Shown: piece after piece, positions 46,460 to 55,049 of the stretch
How positions within the stretch are numbered: position 1 is the stretch's first letter
How the letters are laid out: every line of letters begins with the position of its first letter
From: an uncultured Gammaproteobacteria bacterium
Lineage (GTDB): Bacteria > Patescibacteriota > Microgenomatia > UBA8517
NCBI GenBank assembly: GCA_964599625.1
Contig: CAZRGC010000002.1
Coordinates: 135,883-199,882 of the forward strand
Direction: 5' to 3'
Length of the DNA: 64,000 bases
Program-made: the position numbers and the translations under genes
The notes under the pieces: generated by a model
Told to the model about the DNA's origin: nothing
Database searches by the model: none
What the model saw: only the letters and a program-made list of their open reading frames with translations

Positions 46460-48575
46460 CGTATTTGGTTTGTAAAGTCTGCCTCATCAAAAAGGCATCT
46501 TTTACATTTATAAATGTGTCGTAGTTAAGATCGCCCACCATAAGGTCTTCGTCGGTAAGGAGTGAGCTCGCTTTGCTCATTAAGGCTGTTACTTTTGCAA
46601 AGTCGGATGCGTCGGCTTTTCCGTCTTGAACGTACAGATCGCCCGGTTCCAAGGGAAGTCCGGTAAAGTCCAGAACAAAAGATGCCGGATTTGTAGACGG
46701 GGCGGGAATAACTATACTGCCGTTTCCAGAACATTCACTGGATTGCCCTGTAGCTTGACAGAACTTTCTTGCCAAGTGTTTTTCACCTTTAACATAAACC
46801 GCGTAACCTTGTCCGCCGGCACTAGGGGGGAGGTAATCGGGTGTGATTATTGCTTCATAAACACCGCTTCCAATGTGATGGAACTCAACAGGACCAGTGG
46901 AAAGGTCTGCAACGGGAACGCTTACAAATCTAATATTCGCTTTTGCGCCTTCCGCATCTCCACCGGTAACTCCGGCAAACCTAACTCTAATATCAAATGA
47001 TTGAGAAAGCTGATCGTTTGTTAAATTGTAAACAAAATTTGTTCCGCTTGTGTTTTGAGGAACATTGGGGGTGGTTGCTGTTATGTTTATAGAATGGTTT
47101 CCGAGTGCATAACTGCTGGTTGGAGAAGTTACATCTATATAGCTGGTATATGTAGCACCGGGTGCGACATTGAAACTTCCTGCACCAAAGTTTACGGTCC
47201 ACCCGTTAGCGGTTGAGTTACCGTCTGGCCAATTGACACTGCCAACTTGAAGGTTGACTGTGGGTGTTCCACAGTTAACATCGTCGTTATTTTTAACTGA
47301 CAAGTAATATCTTGCAGTGGTACCAGGGTTACCCTTTTGGTTTGCGGGTGTAACAGTAAGTTCAAGTGGTCTTGCAGTACATGCAGTTGGGGGAGGTGTG
47401 CCATTGGGTGTTGGCGAAGGACTACCGCTTGGGGGAGGTGTGCCACCGCAAGGGCCGATGTATCCCATATATCCAAAGTTGGCTACGTTACCAAAAATAA
47501 CGGGGGAGGTGGAATAAGGGCAATAAATATTATTTGTGGGGTTTAGTTGGGGATCTTGGGAAATATTATTATTGAGCCCTGTTTGATTTGCGTAACTATA
47601 ATAATTTGGGTTATTTCCAAAAATATCGTTGTAAACAAAAGTGCTGAATACAAGGCCGTTCTCTCCTCGGACACCTGGACCGTAGCCTTGGTTGACTATG
47701 TTATAAGAAAATTCATTGCTTGTTGCTTGATTGCCGCGCAAATAAACAGTGGGGTAACCAGAGTTGGATCCGTTTCTGACAAATGTATTTCGTGATATTT
47801 GAATATTGCTGTTGTCCGACGAAGTTATCCCTGTTTCTCTGTTTTGGTAAATAAGATTCCCAATGACCTGAACTCCCGAAGAGTTGTAAACCGAAATAGC
47901 GTTGGCAGCATCGTGTATCTTGTTGTTTGCAATGTTTATGTTTTGGGAGTTGCCAACCTCCAAAGCACCGGCCGAGCTTTGAATTTCGGTGTTATACACA
48001 CTAACGTCGTGTGAGTTGTGAATATCAACCGTGTGTGAAGTTTGTGAATTTACATTCATATATCCCAAGGAAAAGTTAGAAGAATTATTGATGCTAATCA
48101 TTCCGTTACTGGAACCGCCTTGTACTGTGAGCCACTGAATGGAACCCGAAGAGTTATCTACCCTGAAACCGTATCCACCGATGGTGAAATTCAAAACAGC
48201 AGCGCCGTTTCCTGCTGATGGGTTGCCGGTTATTGTAAGGTTTGTTTTTCCGGAAACATTCACAGTTGGGGGGACGTTGTATGTGCCGGGATCAATTTGT
48301 ATTGTGAACCCTGCACCCGTCACGGCATTAACTGCTGTCTGAATATCGTGGCAGGTTCCGTTCAGGTCGGTAACAGGCGTAACCGTTATAGTTTTGTTTT
48401 GAGCAATACAAACACCGGGTTCATTACTGGACGCTCGTTCGAAAGGATTAAAATTAAGATTAACTATTGCCCATATAAATAAAGGAAGAGCCAATACCAA
48501 CGCAATAATGATGCTCATGCTCATGAGTCTTTTGGAAGATTTTGGCAAAGCTTTATACTCCTTAAGTAGATTCAT
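46449..48575 (-). CDS. secreted right-handed beta-helix (pectate-lyase-fold) protein with C-terminal dockerin-like module
   Basis: N-terminal signal anchor. PbH1-type repeats (NIANNKIHDAANAISVYNSSGVQVIGNLIYQNRETGITSSDNSNIQISRNTFVRNGS). Pro-rich linker GGTPPPSGSPSPTPNGTPPPT. CARDB-like beta domain. C-terminal DGKADASDFAKVTALMSK...GDLNYDTFINVKDAFLMRQTL resembles dockerin Ca-binding repeats. 708 aa. Confidence 0.6.
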   Translation of the reverse strand: MNLLKEYKALPKSSKRLMSMSIIIALVLALPLFIWAIVNLNFNPFERASSNEPGVCIAQNKTITVTPVTDLNGTCHDIQTAVNAVTGAGFTIQIDPGTYNVPPTVNVSGKTNLTITGNPSAGNGAAVLNFTIGGYGFRVDNSSGSIQWLTVQGGSSNGMISINNSSNFSLGYMNVNSQTSHTVDIHNSHDVSVYNTEIQSSAGALEVGNSQNINIANNKIHDAANAISVYNSSGVQVIGNLIYQNRETGITSSDNSNIQISRNTFVRNGSNSGYPTVYLRGNQATSNEFSYNIVNQGYGPGVRGENGLVFSTFVYNDIFGNNPNYYSYANQTGLNNNISQDPQLNPTNNIYCPYSTSPVIFGNVANFGYMGYIGPCGGTPPPSGSPSPTPNGTPPPTACTARPLELTVTPANQKGNPGTTARYYLSVKNNDDVNCGTPTVNLQVGSVNWPDGNSTANGWTVNFGAGSFNVAPGATYTSYIDVTSPTSSYALGNHSINITATTPNVPQNTSGTNFVYNLTNDQLSQSFDIRVRFAGVTGGDAEGAKANIRFVSVPVADLSTGPVEFHHIGSGVYEAIITPDYLPPSAGGQGYAVYVKGEKHLARKFCQATGQSSECSGNGSIVIPAPSTNPASFVLDFTGLPLEPGDLYVQDGKADASDFAKVTALMSKASSLLTDEDLMVGDLNYDTFINVKDAFLMRQTLQTKYDEN

Positions 48576-48633
48576 TCCAACTTATATTAGTTCTCCCAAA
48601 AAGGCTTTGCAATAGGCGGTATATACTTAGTAA

Positions 48634-49677
48634 ATGTTTAATTATTTCTTAATTTTTTGGACTTCAACGCTCCCGTTTTTTGTATTAAACGGATACTACG
48701 AAAAGCCTAAATTTGCAGTTTTTTTGGCAGGAACTTTTATTACCTTTTTGTATTGGTTAAAAAACAAAATACCATTGATTCTGAATATTTCAAAGGCAGA
48801 CTATTTATATATAGGTTGGTTTTTGATACTTGTTGTTTCTTCGATGGTGTTTGGAGATGTTGATCGTTCGGTAACAGGGGAGGGTAACAGATATCTTGGA
48901 ATCCTGTTTTTTATGGGACTTTGGGTGGTTAGTAAATCTGTCCAAATAATGCCGGAAAAACATAAATCGCTAATGGGCAGCATTTTTGGGTATGCTGCTT
49001 TAATCCAAAGCATTATTCTTTTGGCGCAGATTGTTGCAGGCCAGGTTTACTTCTTAAGGCCTTTGGGAACCGTTGGGGATGCCAATCAGGCAGCTGGGCT
49101 TATTATTCTGGGTTTATATTTTGTAACCGAATATCTGCCTGGTGTTTTTGCTGTTTTTCCAGCTTTAGCAATACTTCTCACTTGGTCCAAATCCGGAATA
49201 ATCTCTATTCTGGTTTTTTCAGGAGCATTTTTTGGCAAAATGAATAAAAAGATTTCAGCAATATTTATTTTTGGTCTACTAACATTGTTTGTAATTTTTT
49301 CGGTATCAACTTCCCAAACATCTTCAAAATTTGAAGACAGAAAAGTGATCTGGCCCAAGTCCCTTGAGATTGTTTTGCAAAGTCCTGTTGTTGGTCACGG
49401 GTTGGGGATAACAGACAAGCTTTTTTCTGAGTCATTCAAAACCACAGGTACACCAATTGAATCATTAAGAATTGATAGCGCCCATAATATCTTTTTGGAT
49501 GTAGCCATTTGGTCGGGTGGAGTCGGCGTATTTGTGTTTCTATACTATATATACTCAATATTCAAAACGCTTGAAAACCGGAAAAGAATTGCTGCGTTGG
49601 CCTTTTTGGCGTTTGCAACATTCCAGCCTTTAAGTGTTTCTCATTGGTTGTGGTTTACAATTTTGATTTTTGTTTGA
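48634..49677 (+). CDS. O-antigen-ligase-family (Wzy_C-like) membrane protein
   Basis: About 10 TM helices. Loop motif SKSGIISILV...VGHGLGITDKLF...DSAHNIFLDVAIWSGGVG. 347 aa. Confidence 0.6.
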   Translation: MFNYFLIFWTSTLPFFVLNGYYEKPKFAVFLAGTFITFLYWLKNKIPLILNISKADYLYIGWFLILVVSSMVFGDVDRSVTGEGNRYLGILFFMGLWVVSKSVQIMPEKHKSLMGSIFGYAALIQSIILLAQIVAGQVYFLRPLGTVGDANQAAGLIILGLYFVTEYLPGVFAVFPALAILLTWSKSGIISILVFSGAFFGKMNKKISAIFIFGLLTLFVIFSVSTSQTSSKFEDRKVIWPKSLEIVLQSPVVGHGLGITDKLFSESFKTTGTPIESLRIDSAHNIFLDVAIWSGGVGVFVFLYYIYSIFKTLENRKRIAALAFLAFATFQPLSVSHWLWFTILIFV

Positions 49678-49715
49678 CAAAAAACCCTTAAAGTTGTGTT
49701 AATATAATAGTCTAA

Positions 49716-50720
49716 ATGGCCAAAAAAGCTTTGATTACAGGTATCACAGGGCAGGATGGAAGCTATCTTGCAGAACTTCTTTTGGAAAAGGGCTACGAAG
49801 TTTCCGGGATTGTCCGCAAAACATCACATGAGGAATATGCCAACATTGGCCACATACAGGATGAGCTTAAGCTTTTTCAGGGAGATCTTTTGGACCCCGT
49901 TTCCCTGAGGGAAATTATTCAAAGAGTCGAACCTGATGAGGTATACAACCTTGCATCCCAGTCCCATCCTTCTGAAAGTTTCAAACAACCCATTCATACA
50001 GCCGAGATCACGGGGATTGGGGCACATAGAGTTTTGGATGCAACACTTGATGTTAATCCAAGAACAAAGTTTTATCAGGCCAGCAGTAGTGAAATGTTTG
50101 GGTGGGTTAGGGAGATTCCACAAACAGAAGACACCCCGTTTAATCCTGCAAACCCTTATGCGGCAGCCAAACTGTATGCATATGCAATAACTCGTATCTA
50201 CAGAGAAAGTTACAATATGTTTGCTGCCAACGGAATACTTTTTAACCACGAATCACCCCGCAGGCATCTTGGTTTTGTAACACAAAAAGTAGCCTACGCC
50301 GCTGCGTGTGCCAAGCTCGATGTCAGAAATTCCGTACACCTTAACGAAGAAGGAGAACCAATTGTAAAAGATAGAAAAGTTTCTCTTGGTAACCTGGAAG
50401 CCAAAAGAGATTGGGGATATGCCAAAGATTATGTGGAAGCAATGTATTTGATGATGCAGGTAGATAAACCGGACGATTTTGTAGTGGCAACAGGCGAGAC
50501 TCATACAATCAAGGAACTTTGCGAAGAGGCGTTTAGCTATGTTGGTTTGGACTGGAACGACTACGTGATTGTCGATAAACGGTTTGTAAGACCAACAGAA
50601 ACTGGTCCGTTGGTGGGTAGTCCCAAAAAAGCAAAAGATATTTTGGGTTGGGAACCAAAAACAAGCTTCAAAGATTTGGTTCACCTAATGGTTGACTCGC
50701 ATGTTGCGAGATTGAAGTAA
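49716..50720 (+). CDS. gmd: GDP-mannose 4,6-dehydratase
   Basis: N-terminus KKALITGITGQDGSYLAELLLEKGYEVSGIVR (the canonical GMD Rossmann signature), YAAAKLYAY catalytic YxxxK, and FNHESPRR. 334 aa. Confidence 0.9.
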   Translation: MAKKALITGITGQDGSYLAELLLEKGYEVSGIVRKTSHEEYANIGHIQDELKLFQGDLLDPVSLREIIQRVEPDEVYNLASQSHPSESFKQPIHTAEITGIGAHRVLDATLDVNPRTKFYQASSSEMFGWVREIPQTEDTPFNPANPYAAAKLYAYAITRIYRESYNMFAANGILFNHESPRRHLGFVTQKVAYAAACAKLDVRNSVHLNEEGEPIVKDRKVSLGNLEAKRDWGYAKDYVEAMYLMMQVDKPDDFVVATGETHTIKELCEEAFSYVGLDWNDYVIVDKRFVRPTETGPLVGSPKKAKDILGWEPKTSFKDLVHLMVDSHVARLK

Positions 50721-50747
50721 TCTCTCTTTTTAATTTTTCAAAAACGT

Positions 50748-50790
50748 TCGGAAGGCGGTTTTGTGATTGTTAAAAAAACCGCCTTCCGGG
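50748..50790. terminator. bidirectional hairpin terminator between gmd and the Cys-rich gene
   Basis: ggaaggcggtttt-gtgattgttaa-aaaaccgccttcc. Convergent genes end on both sides. Confidence 0.55.
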
Positions 50791-50848
50791 TATTTCAAAT
50801 TACTATTTCTTGCCTGTTTTGGGATTGGTCTTCTGACCGGCTTTGATC

Positions 50849-51154
50849 TTACGCTTCTTGGACATCTTCAGTCTCCACGTCGAAGATGGCGTAAGGATCA
50901 TCTGCTTCAGATTCAACAGGCACCTGTAACCAGGGGAGGCGGCCAGTCGGGAGTGCGTTGTGTTGCTTGTTCTCGGCCGGGTTTTTCCGATCATGCAGGT
51001 TTGCGTGCTTCATCCAGGTGTGCGGGTGACATTTGCGGCAGGTGGGATCATCGCCTGAGTCCTTGGGGTCGCAGATGCATCTGGGATGACACTTCGGGCA
51101 TTTCTTCTTTTTGCCTGAGTTGACCGGGTCACAAATACACTTAATCGAATCCAT
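50849..51154 (-). CDS. Cys/His-rich small protein with duplicated C-x-C-D-P...C-P-K-C-H-P module (GC-rich gene)
   Basis: MDSIKCICDPVNSGKKKKCPKCHPRCICDPKDSGDDPTCRKCHPHTWMKH... has two copies of CICDP-x7-8-C(P/R)KCHP. Local GC is clearly elevated. 101 aa. Confidence 0.5.
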   Translation of the reverse strand: MDSIKCICDPVNSGKKKKCPKCHPRCICDPKDSGDDPTCRKCHPHTWMKHANLHDRKNPAENKQHNALPTGRLPWLQVPVESEADDPYAIFDVETEDVQEA

Positions 51155-51285
51155 AAATCTCTCCTGATAGTAGTGAAATCATCTCTAGTAACGTGCAAGA
51201 GAAAACAGCCTATTATACCCATAATTTGAGCAAGGTCAAACAATTAAGCCGTTGACCTTTCTAACCGGCGGGGGCATCATGAACT

Positions 51286-52530
51286 ATGGTTGGTAAACGT
51301 TTTATTGATGTTGTCAAAGACCCTTTGTGGTTAAAAGTTCTTTCGTTCTCCTTAATACTGTTTTTTCTGTTTTTGGGGGACGCCATCCTTTCGTTTTGGG
51401 TCCCAAACCTATTGGAAGATGTTATGGGGGATTCGCTTTTGATGGGGGTTGTAATGAGTTTTTCTTCCATGGTTGGGTTTGTAATGGACCTTGTTTTTCC
51501 TCAGCTTATTCAGGGTGTTACCGTTAAAAGGCTTGTGGCTTTTTCTGCAGGGACAAGCATCCTTTTTTCTATAACTTTGCTTGCCGCCCTAAAGCTTCCC
51601 GTAATTTGGATTCTTTTGTTGGCAATGGCGATTTGGGGGGTTTACTATGAATTTTTTGGCTTTGCAGAACAGCAGTTCATTGCCGACACTCTGCCGATAA
51701 AACTCCGATCAAGCGGATGGGCATTTTATGGTGTTTTTAAAAACTTAGCATATTTTTTGGGTCCTTTGATTGCTGCTTGGCTTGTTATAAAGGGTGAGTG
51801 GGCGCCGGCAGGTAGCGCAATATTCTTTGTAACTTTGGGGGCAATATTTTTGTTTTTGTTCAAAAGAACCCACGACCGAAAATTCGAAATCGAATTCAAA
51901 AAAGTGAATGTTGTTGCCGAAATCGGACATTGGAAAGTTTTGTTTGTACACGTTTGGCCAATGGTTCTTATGAGCCTGGTTTTAGGCCTTATTGATTCCA
52001 CTTTTTGGACTACAGGTACAGTGTTTACAGAAAAGCTGGCCAGAGAAAACTTTGCGGGAAGCTTTTTCCTTTCAATTTATCAGCTTCCGTCGATGTTTAT
52101 GGGATTGGTTATGAGTAAACTGGCAATATCCCAGGGAAAGAAAAAACTTTCCATGAAGTTTTTGTTTTTGGCGGGCCTCATGCTTATGACAATCGGGTTT
52201 GTTGGCAATGTCTATTTGGTTTTGGCCTTTGTTTTGCTTTCTAGCATTGCATTGGCAGTTTGTTATCCGCTCGTGAATGCTGTTTATTCAGACATTGTTG
52301 CCAGGATGGGTAGAGAAAGGAGGCATCTGATTGGGCTTACAAATTCTGCAATAAGTGTTGCTTATATCATTGGGCCTATTCTTGCAGGGTTTATAACTAA
52401 ATATGTGGGGGATGAAAAGACGTTTTCTGTAATGGGTGGGGTGAGTGTTGTAACGGCAGTTATTCTTCTTGTGGTTACTCCAAAAAAATTAAAACTTCCG
52501 GAGAGTGAAATAAAGGGCTGGGACAGGTAA
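51286..52530 (+). CDS. MFS transporter
   Basis: 414 aa with ~12 hydrophobic helices in 6+6 arrangement and a Lys/Arg-rich central loop (KRTHDRKFEIEFKK). Confidence 0.8.
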   Translation: MVGKRFIDVVKDPLWLKVLSFSLILFFLFLGDAILSFWVPNLLEDVMGDSLLMGVVMSFSSMVGFVMDLVFPQLIQGVTVKRLVAFSAGTSILFSITLLAALKLPVIWILLLAMAIWGVYYEFFGFAEQQFIADTLPIKLRSSGWAFYGVFKNLAYFLGPLIAAWLVIKGEWAPAGSAIFFVTLGAIFLFLFKRTHDRKFEIEFKKVNVVAEIGHWKVLFVHVWPMVLMSLVLGLIDSTFWTTGTVFTEKLARENFAGSFFLSIYQLPSMFMGLVMSKLAISQGKKKLSMKFLFLAGLMLMTIGFVGNVYLVLAFVLLSSIALAVCYPLVNAVYSDIVARMGRERRHLIGLTNSAISVAYIIGPILAGFITKYVGDEKTFSVMGGVSVVTAVILLVVTPKKLKLPESEIKGWDR

Positions 52531-52546
52531 ATCTTTGGTGCACACC

Positions 52547-52583
52547 TCTAAATTTCAAAAAGAGGTGTACACCAGGTATTAAT
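52547..52583. terminator. hairpin between convergent MFS gene and paralog 1
   Basis: ggtgcacacctct-aaatttcaaaa-agaggtgtacacc. No strong U-tract on either side. Confidence 0.35.
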
Positions 52584-52603
52584 AAAGATTTCTTGCGAGC
52601 AGG

Positions 52604-53005
52604 TTAGATCAGTCCAACTGCGGACAGGATGGTCATCTCATCAATGCCATGATCGGCAAAGAACTTGTCGATGTCATCAACGCTGTTCGCCTGACTGTCG
52701 ACCTCGTGGATCAACTCCGCAAAAAGCATCGCAACAGGCTTGCCGGCTTGGACTTCGTCTGCCAGTTGGGTGTGAGTCCAGCCGCGGCCCTTCATAACGA
52801 CTTCGTTGCGGGCTTTGCCTTGGTTCTCACCACGGATGCGTATGGTCATGTGCTCGACGGGTTCGTCTTTCTCGTTGTACGCCAGCGGGCGGTCGCAGAA
52901 AGGATTTCCGCAATCGCAGGGCGCCCAGTAAAAGACTTCGCCGTTGTAAAGGAACTTCTCACCTTCTTCGGGGAGAGCGTTCGGGTTACCATTCCATTCG
53001 TTCAT
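52604..53005 (-). CDS. paralog 1 of Zn-knuckle small-protein family (conserved N-domain, variable C-terminus)
   Basis: MNEWNGNPNALPEEGEKFLYNGEVFYWAPCDCGNPFCDRPLAYNEKDEPVEHMTIRIRGENQG... shares W-x-P-C-D-C-G-N-P-x-C-x-R-P and MT(I/V)R-x-RG-x-x-QG with three neighbours. RBS GGAGGCAGAAATG. Confidence 0.65.
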   Translation of the reverse strand: MNEWNGNPNALPEEGEKFLYNGEVFYWAPCDCGNPFCDRPLAYNEKDEPVEHMTIRIRGENQGKARNEVVMKGRGWTHTQLADEVQAGKPVAMLFAELIHEVDSQANSVDDIDKFFADHGIDEMTILSAVGLI

Positions 53006-53057
53006 TTCTGCCTCCAGATTTAAAGAATGACGGAAAATTTTGAATACTTACACTGGG

Positions 53058-53092
53058 GAGATGGTAGCACAAAAAATTGAGGAAGTCAACAT
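53058..53092 (-). promoter_or_regulatory. sigma-70-like promoter of paralog 1 (TTGACT-N17-TACCAT)
   Basis: Minus strand: ACCCCATAATGTTGACTTCCTCAATTTTTTGTGCTACCATCTCC. The same ATAATGTTGACTT block recurs upstream of paralogs 2 and 4. Confidence 0.5.
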
Positions 53093-53114
53093 TATGGGGT
53101 GTTTTTGGTTAAAG

Positions 53115-53162
53115 CTGTGCAGTTCTTCAAGTCTTTCAAATAAATGAAGAACTGCACTTTTT
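53115..53162. terminator. hairpin 3' of paralog 2 (gtgcagttcttca...tgaagaactgcac + T-run)
   Basis: 13-bp perfect stem. T-run on the plus side, A-run on the minus side. Confidence 0.4.
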
Positions 53163-53172
53163 TTGAGCAGAG

Positions 53173-53676
53173 TCAGTTATTGCCGAAGCTCCACGGACCG
53201 TTGGAAGACGGGCGAAGGCCGCCAAAACTGTTTTGAATCAGGTTTGCGCGCCTAAGCATGTCACCAAGGCCGAAAGCTTCCATGATCAGTGCTTGGATGT
53301 AGGTGTTGAATTCTTCGCGAGTGATCAAGCCTTTGCCGAACGGGTCCTGTTCAAGGTAATATTTGAATAATTCCAGGAGGGCCTCGTCGCCGCCGTTTTC
53401 AATCGCTTCAACAACTTCATCGGTGTTTGCGCCGATCTTGTATAACAGGTCGATTTCCGGCTTGCCCGTGTCGGTGCCGCGGACTCGGATTGTCATACCT
53501 CTTGCGGTCTTGCCATCTTCATGGAAGGCCAGGGGGCGTGTGCAATACGGGTTGCCGCAGTCGCAGGGGTGCCAGTAATAGACTGTCTGCTTGTACATGT
53601 ACAACTCGTCTGCCGGTGGCAGTTGAGTGGAATCCCCGTTCCATTCGTGGATTCCGAGAGGATTAGTCTTAGGCAT
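53173..53676 (-). CDS. paralog 2 of Zn-knuckle small-protein family
   Basis: ...HEWNGDSTQLPPADELYMYKQTVYYWHPCDCGNPYCTRPLAFHEDGKTARGMTIRVRGTDTGKP... 167 aa. C-terminal 90 aa unrelated to the other paralogs. Confidence 0.65.
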   Translation of the reverse strand: MPKTNPLGIHEWNGDSTQLPPADELYMYKQTVYYWHPCDCGNPYCTRPLAFHEDGKTARGMTIRVRGTDTGKPEIDLLYKIGANTDEVVEAIENGGDEALLELFKYYLEQDPFGKGLITREEFNTYIQALIMEAFGLGDMLRRANLIQNSFGGLRPSSNGPWSFGNN

Positions 53677-53711
53677 GTGAGCCTCCTTTGATAAAGAAAA
53701 ACCCTATGGAG

Positions 53712-53745
53712 GGGATTATAGCACTTTTGATTTCAAAGTCAACAT
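53712..53745 (-). promoter_or_regulatory. sigma-70-like promoter of paralog 2 (TTGACT-N16-TATAAT)
   Basis: Minus strand: CCTATAATGTTGACTTTGAAATCAAAAGTGCTATAATCCCC. Confidence 0.55.
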
Positions 53746-53795
53746 TATAGGTTGTATCTCATCTTTGAAACCGGGTACAATACCTACTTTTAGCC

Positions 53796-53838
53796 ACAAA
53801 AAAGAGACACGCCCCAAGTTTCAAAATGAGCGTGTCTC
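53796..53838 (-). terminator. rho-independent terminator 3' of paralog 3
   Basis: Minus strand: gagacacgc-tcattttgaaacttgggg-cgtgtctc followed by ttttttgtgg. Confidence 0.55.
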
Positions 53839-53867
53839 AAGTCCTAAAAAACAATTTTATGAACTTT

Positions 53868-54380
53868 TCAGTTCAAATGGCTATTTCGGCCCGGATCGTT
53901 GCCAAAATCTTCCCCGAGAATGTTTCTCAGAGCCGCCAGTGCATCGTCGCCGGTGAGAATCTGGAACGGGGATTCGTTGCCAATTTCGTCGAATTCTTCC
54001 TTGGCTTCCAGGTAATCTTCTTCGGTGATGTCATGGTCAGACAAAGCCGCCAGGTTGATGGTTCCGGTTGCTTCGATTTCTTCGACAAAGCCCAGCCAGA
54101 TCTCAACAATGTTCTCGCCACTTGCGCCGTGAGCCAGTGCAATGCGCTCAATGCCGTAGTACTTAACGAGAAGGTTCTCAAGATCCATGCCTTGATTTGT
54201 ACCGCGCAGGCGGACAGTCATGGGGAAGTCGGGAACTCCAAGTTCTCTGAATGCTTCGGGTCGGCCGCAGAAAGGATTTCCGCAGTTGCATCTTTCCCAA
54301 AAATAAGTTTGCCCTTCGTATTCAAAAGGCTCGCGTTCGGGTGGAAGAGGTGCGCCAACCGTCCATTTATTTAAATTCAT
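53868..54380 (-). CDS. paralog 3 of Zn-knuckle small-protein family
   Basis: MNLNKWTVGAPLPPEREPFEYEGQTYFWERCNCGNPFCGRPEAFRELGVPDFPMTVRLRGTNQG... The motif is varied to E-R-C-N-C-G-N-P-F-C-G-R-P. 170 aa with an acidic C-terminus. Confidence 0.6.
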   Translation of the reverse strand: MNLNKWTVGAPLPPEREPFEYEGQTYFWERCNCGNPFCGRPEAFRELGVPDFPMTVRLRGTNQGMDLENLLVKYYGIERIALAHGASGENIVEIWLGFVEEIEATGTINLAALSDHDITEEDYLEAKEEFDEIGNESPFQILTGDDALAALRNILGEDFGNDPGRNSHLN

Positions 54381-54455
54381 TTCAGCCTCCGTAAAGGATG
54401 GAAATATGTGCGAAGTCAGAAGGATATCACAAATTAAAGATAAAATTAAATTTCA

Positions 54456-54494
54456 AGCACACCGCCTCAGTCTTCAAAAATGAAGCGGCGTGCT
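54456..54494 (-). terminator. hairpin terminator 3' of paralog 4
   Basis: agcacaccgcctca-N11-tgaagcggcgtgct. U-rich on the minus strand after the stem (UGAAAUUUAAUUUUAUC). Confidence 0.45.
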
Positions 54495-54504
54495 TTGGGT
54501 TTGC

Positions 54505-54921
54505 CTACATCAAGGCCATCATGAAGCTGATGAATTCCATATTGTCAACGTTATTGTCCACCAAAAGTTTGGGACCAACTTCGCGGAATTCGGTGTCGAA
54601 TTTCTTGACGGCTTCGAGTATGGCTTCGGCATAGCCGCGATGGTCTTCGGCGGCCATCATCAGATTGATCTCAACCAGGCGTTCCATGTCGATGATTCCC
54701 GTCTTGAGAAGGACGTTTTCAACAGGGTTGCCCTGATCGGTGCCGCGCGCGCGGGTGGTGAGTGCATCGTCACGAGCTTCGGTGTCAACGCTGTAGACCA
54801 CCGGCCGTTTGCAGTACTCACTGCCACAATCGCAGGGATGCCAGACGTAGCGCTTGTCTTCGTAAAGGAACTGAACTCCCTCTGCGGGAAGTTCTTCTGC
54901 TTTACCATTCCATTGGATCAT
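54505..54921 (-). CDS. paralog 4 of Zn-knuckle small-protein family
   Basis: MIQWNGKAEELPAEGVQFLYEDKRYVWHPCDCGSEYCKRPVVYSVDTEARDDALTTRARGTDQG... 138 aa. RBS GGAGGCAGAAATG. Confidence 0.65.
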   Translation of the reverse strand: MIQWNGKAEELPAEGVQFLYEDKRYVWHPCDCGSEYCKRPVVYSVDTEARDDALTTRARGTDQGNPVENVLLKTGIIDMERLVEINLMMAAEDHRGYAEAILEAVKKFDTEFREVGPKLLVDNNVDNMEFISFMMALM

Positions 54922-54971
54922 TTCTGCCTCCGGTTATTTAAGGATAATGGTAGATTGAAAACACTAACAGG

Positions 54972-55006
54972 AAAATATTATAAGATAAACACAAAAAAGT
55001 CAAATT
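54972..55006 (-). promoter_or_regulatory. sigma-70-like promoter of paralog 4 (TTGACT-N15/17-TATAAT/TAATAT)
   Basis: Minus strand: CCCCATAATTTGACTTTTTTGTGTTTATCTTATAATATTTTCC. Confidence 0.5.
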
Positions 55007-55049
55007 ATGGGGTAATAGTGGAATGTTTGAGTAAAAAAATTGGGGAACT

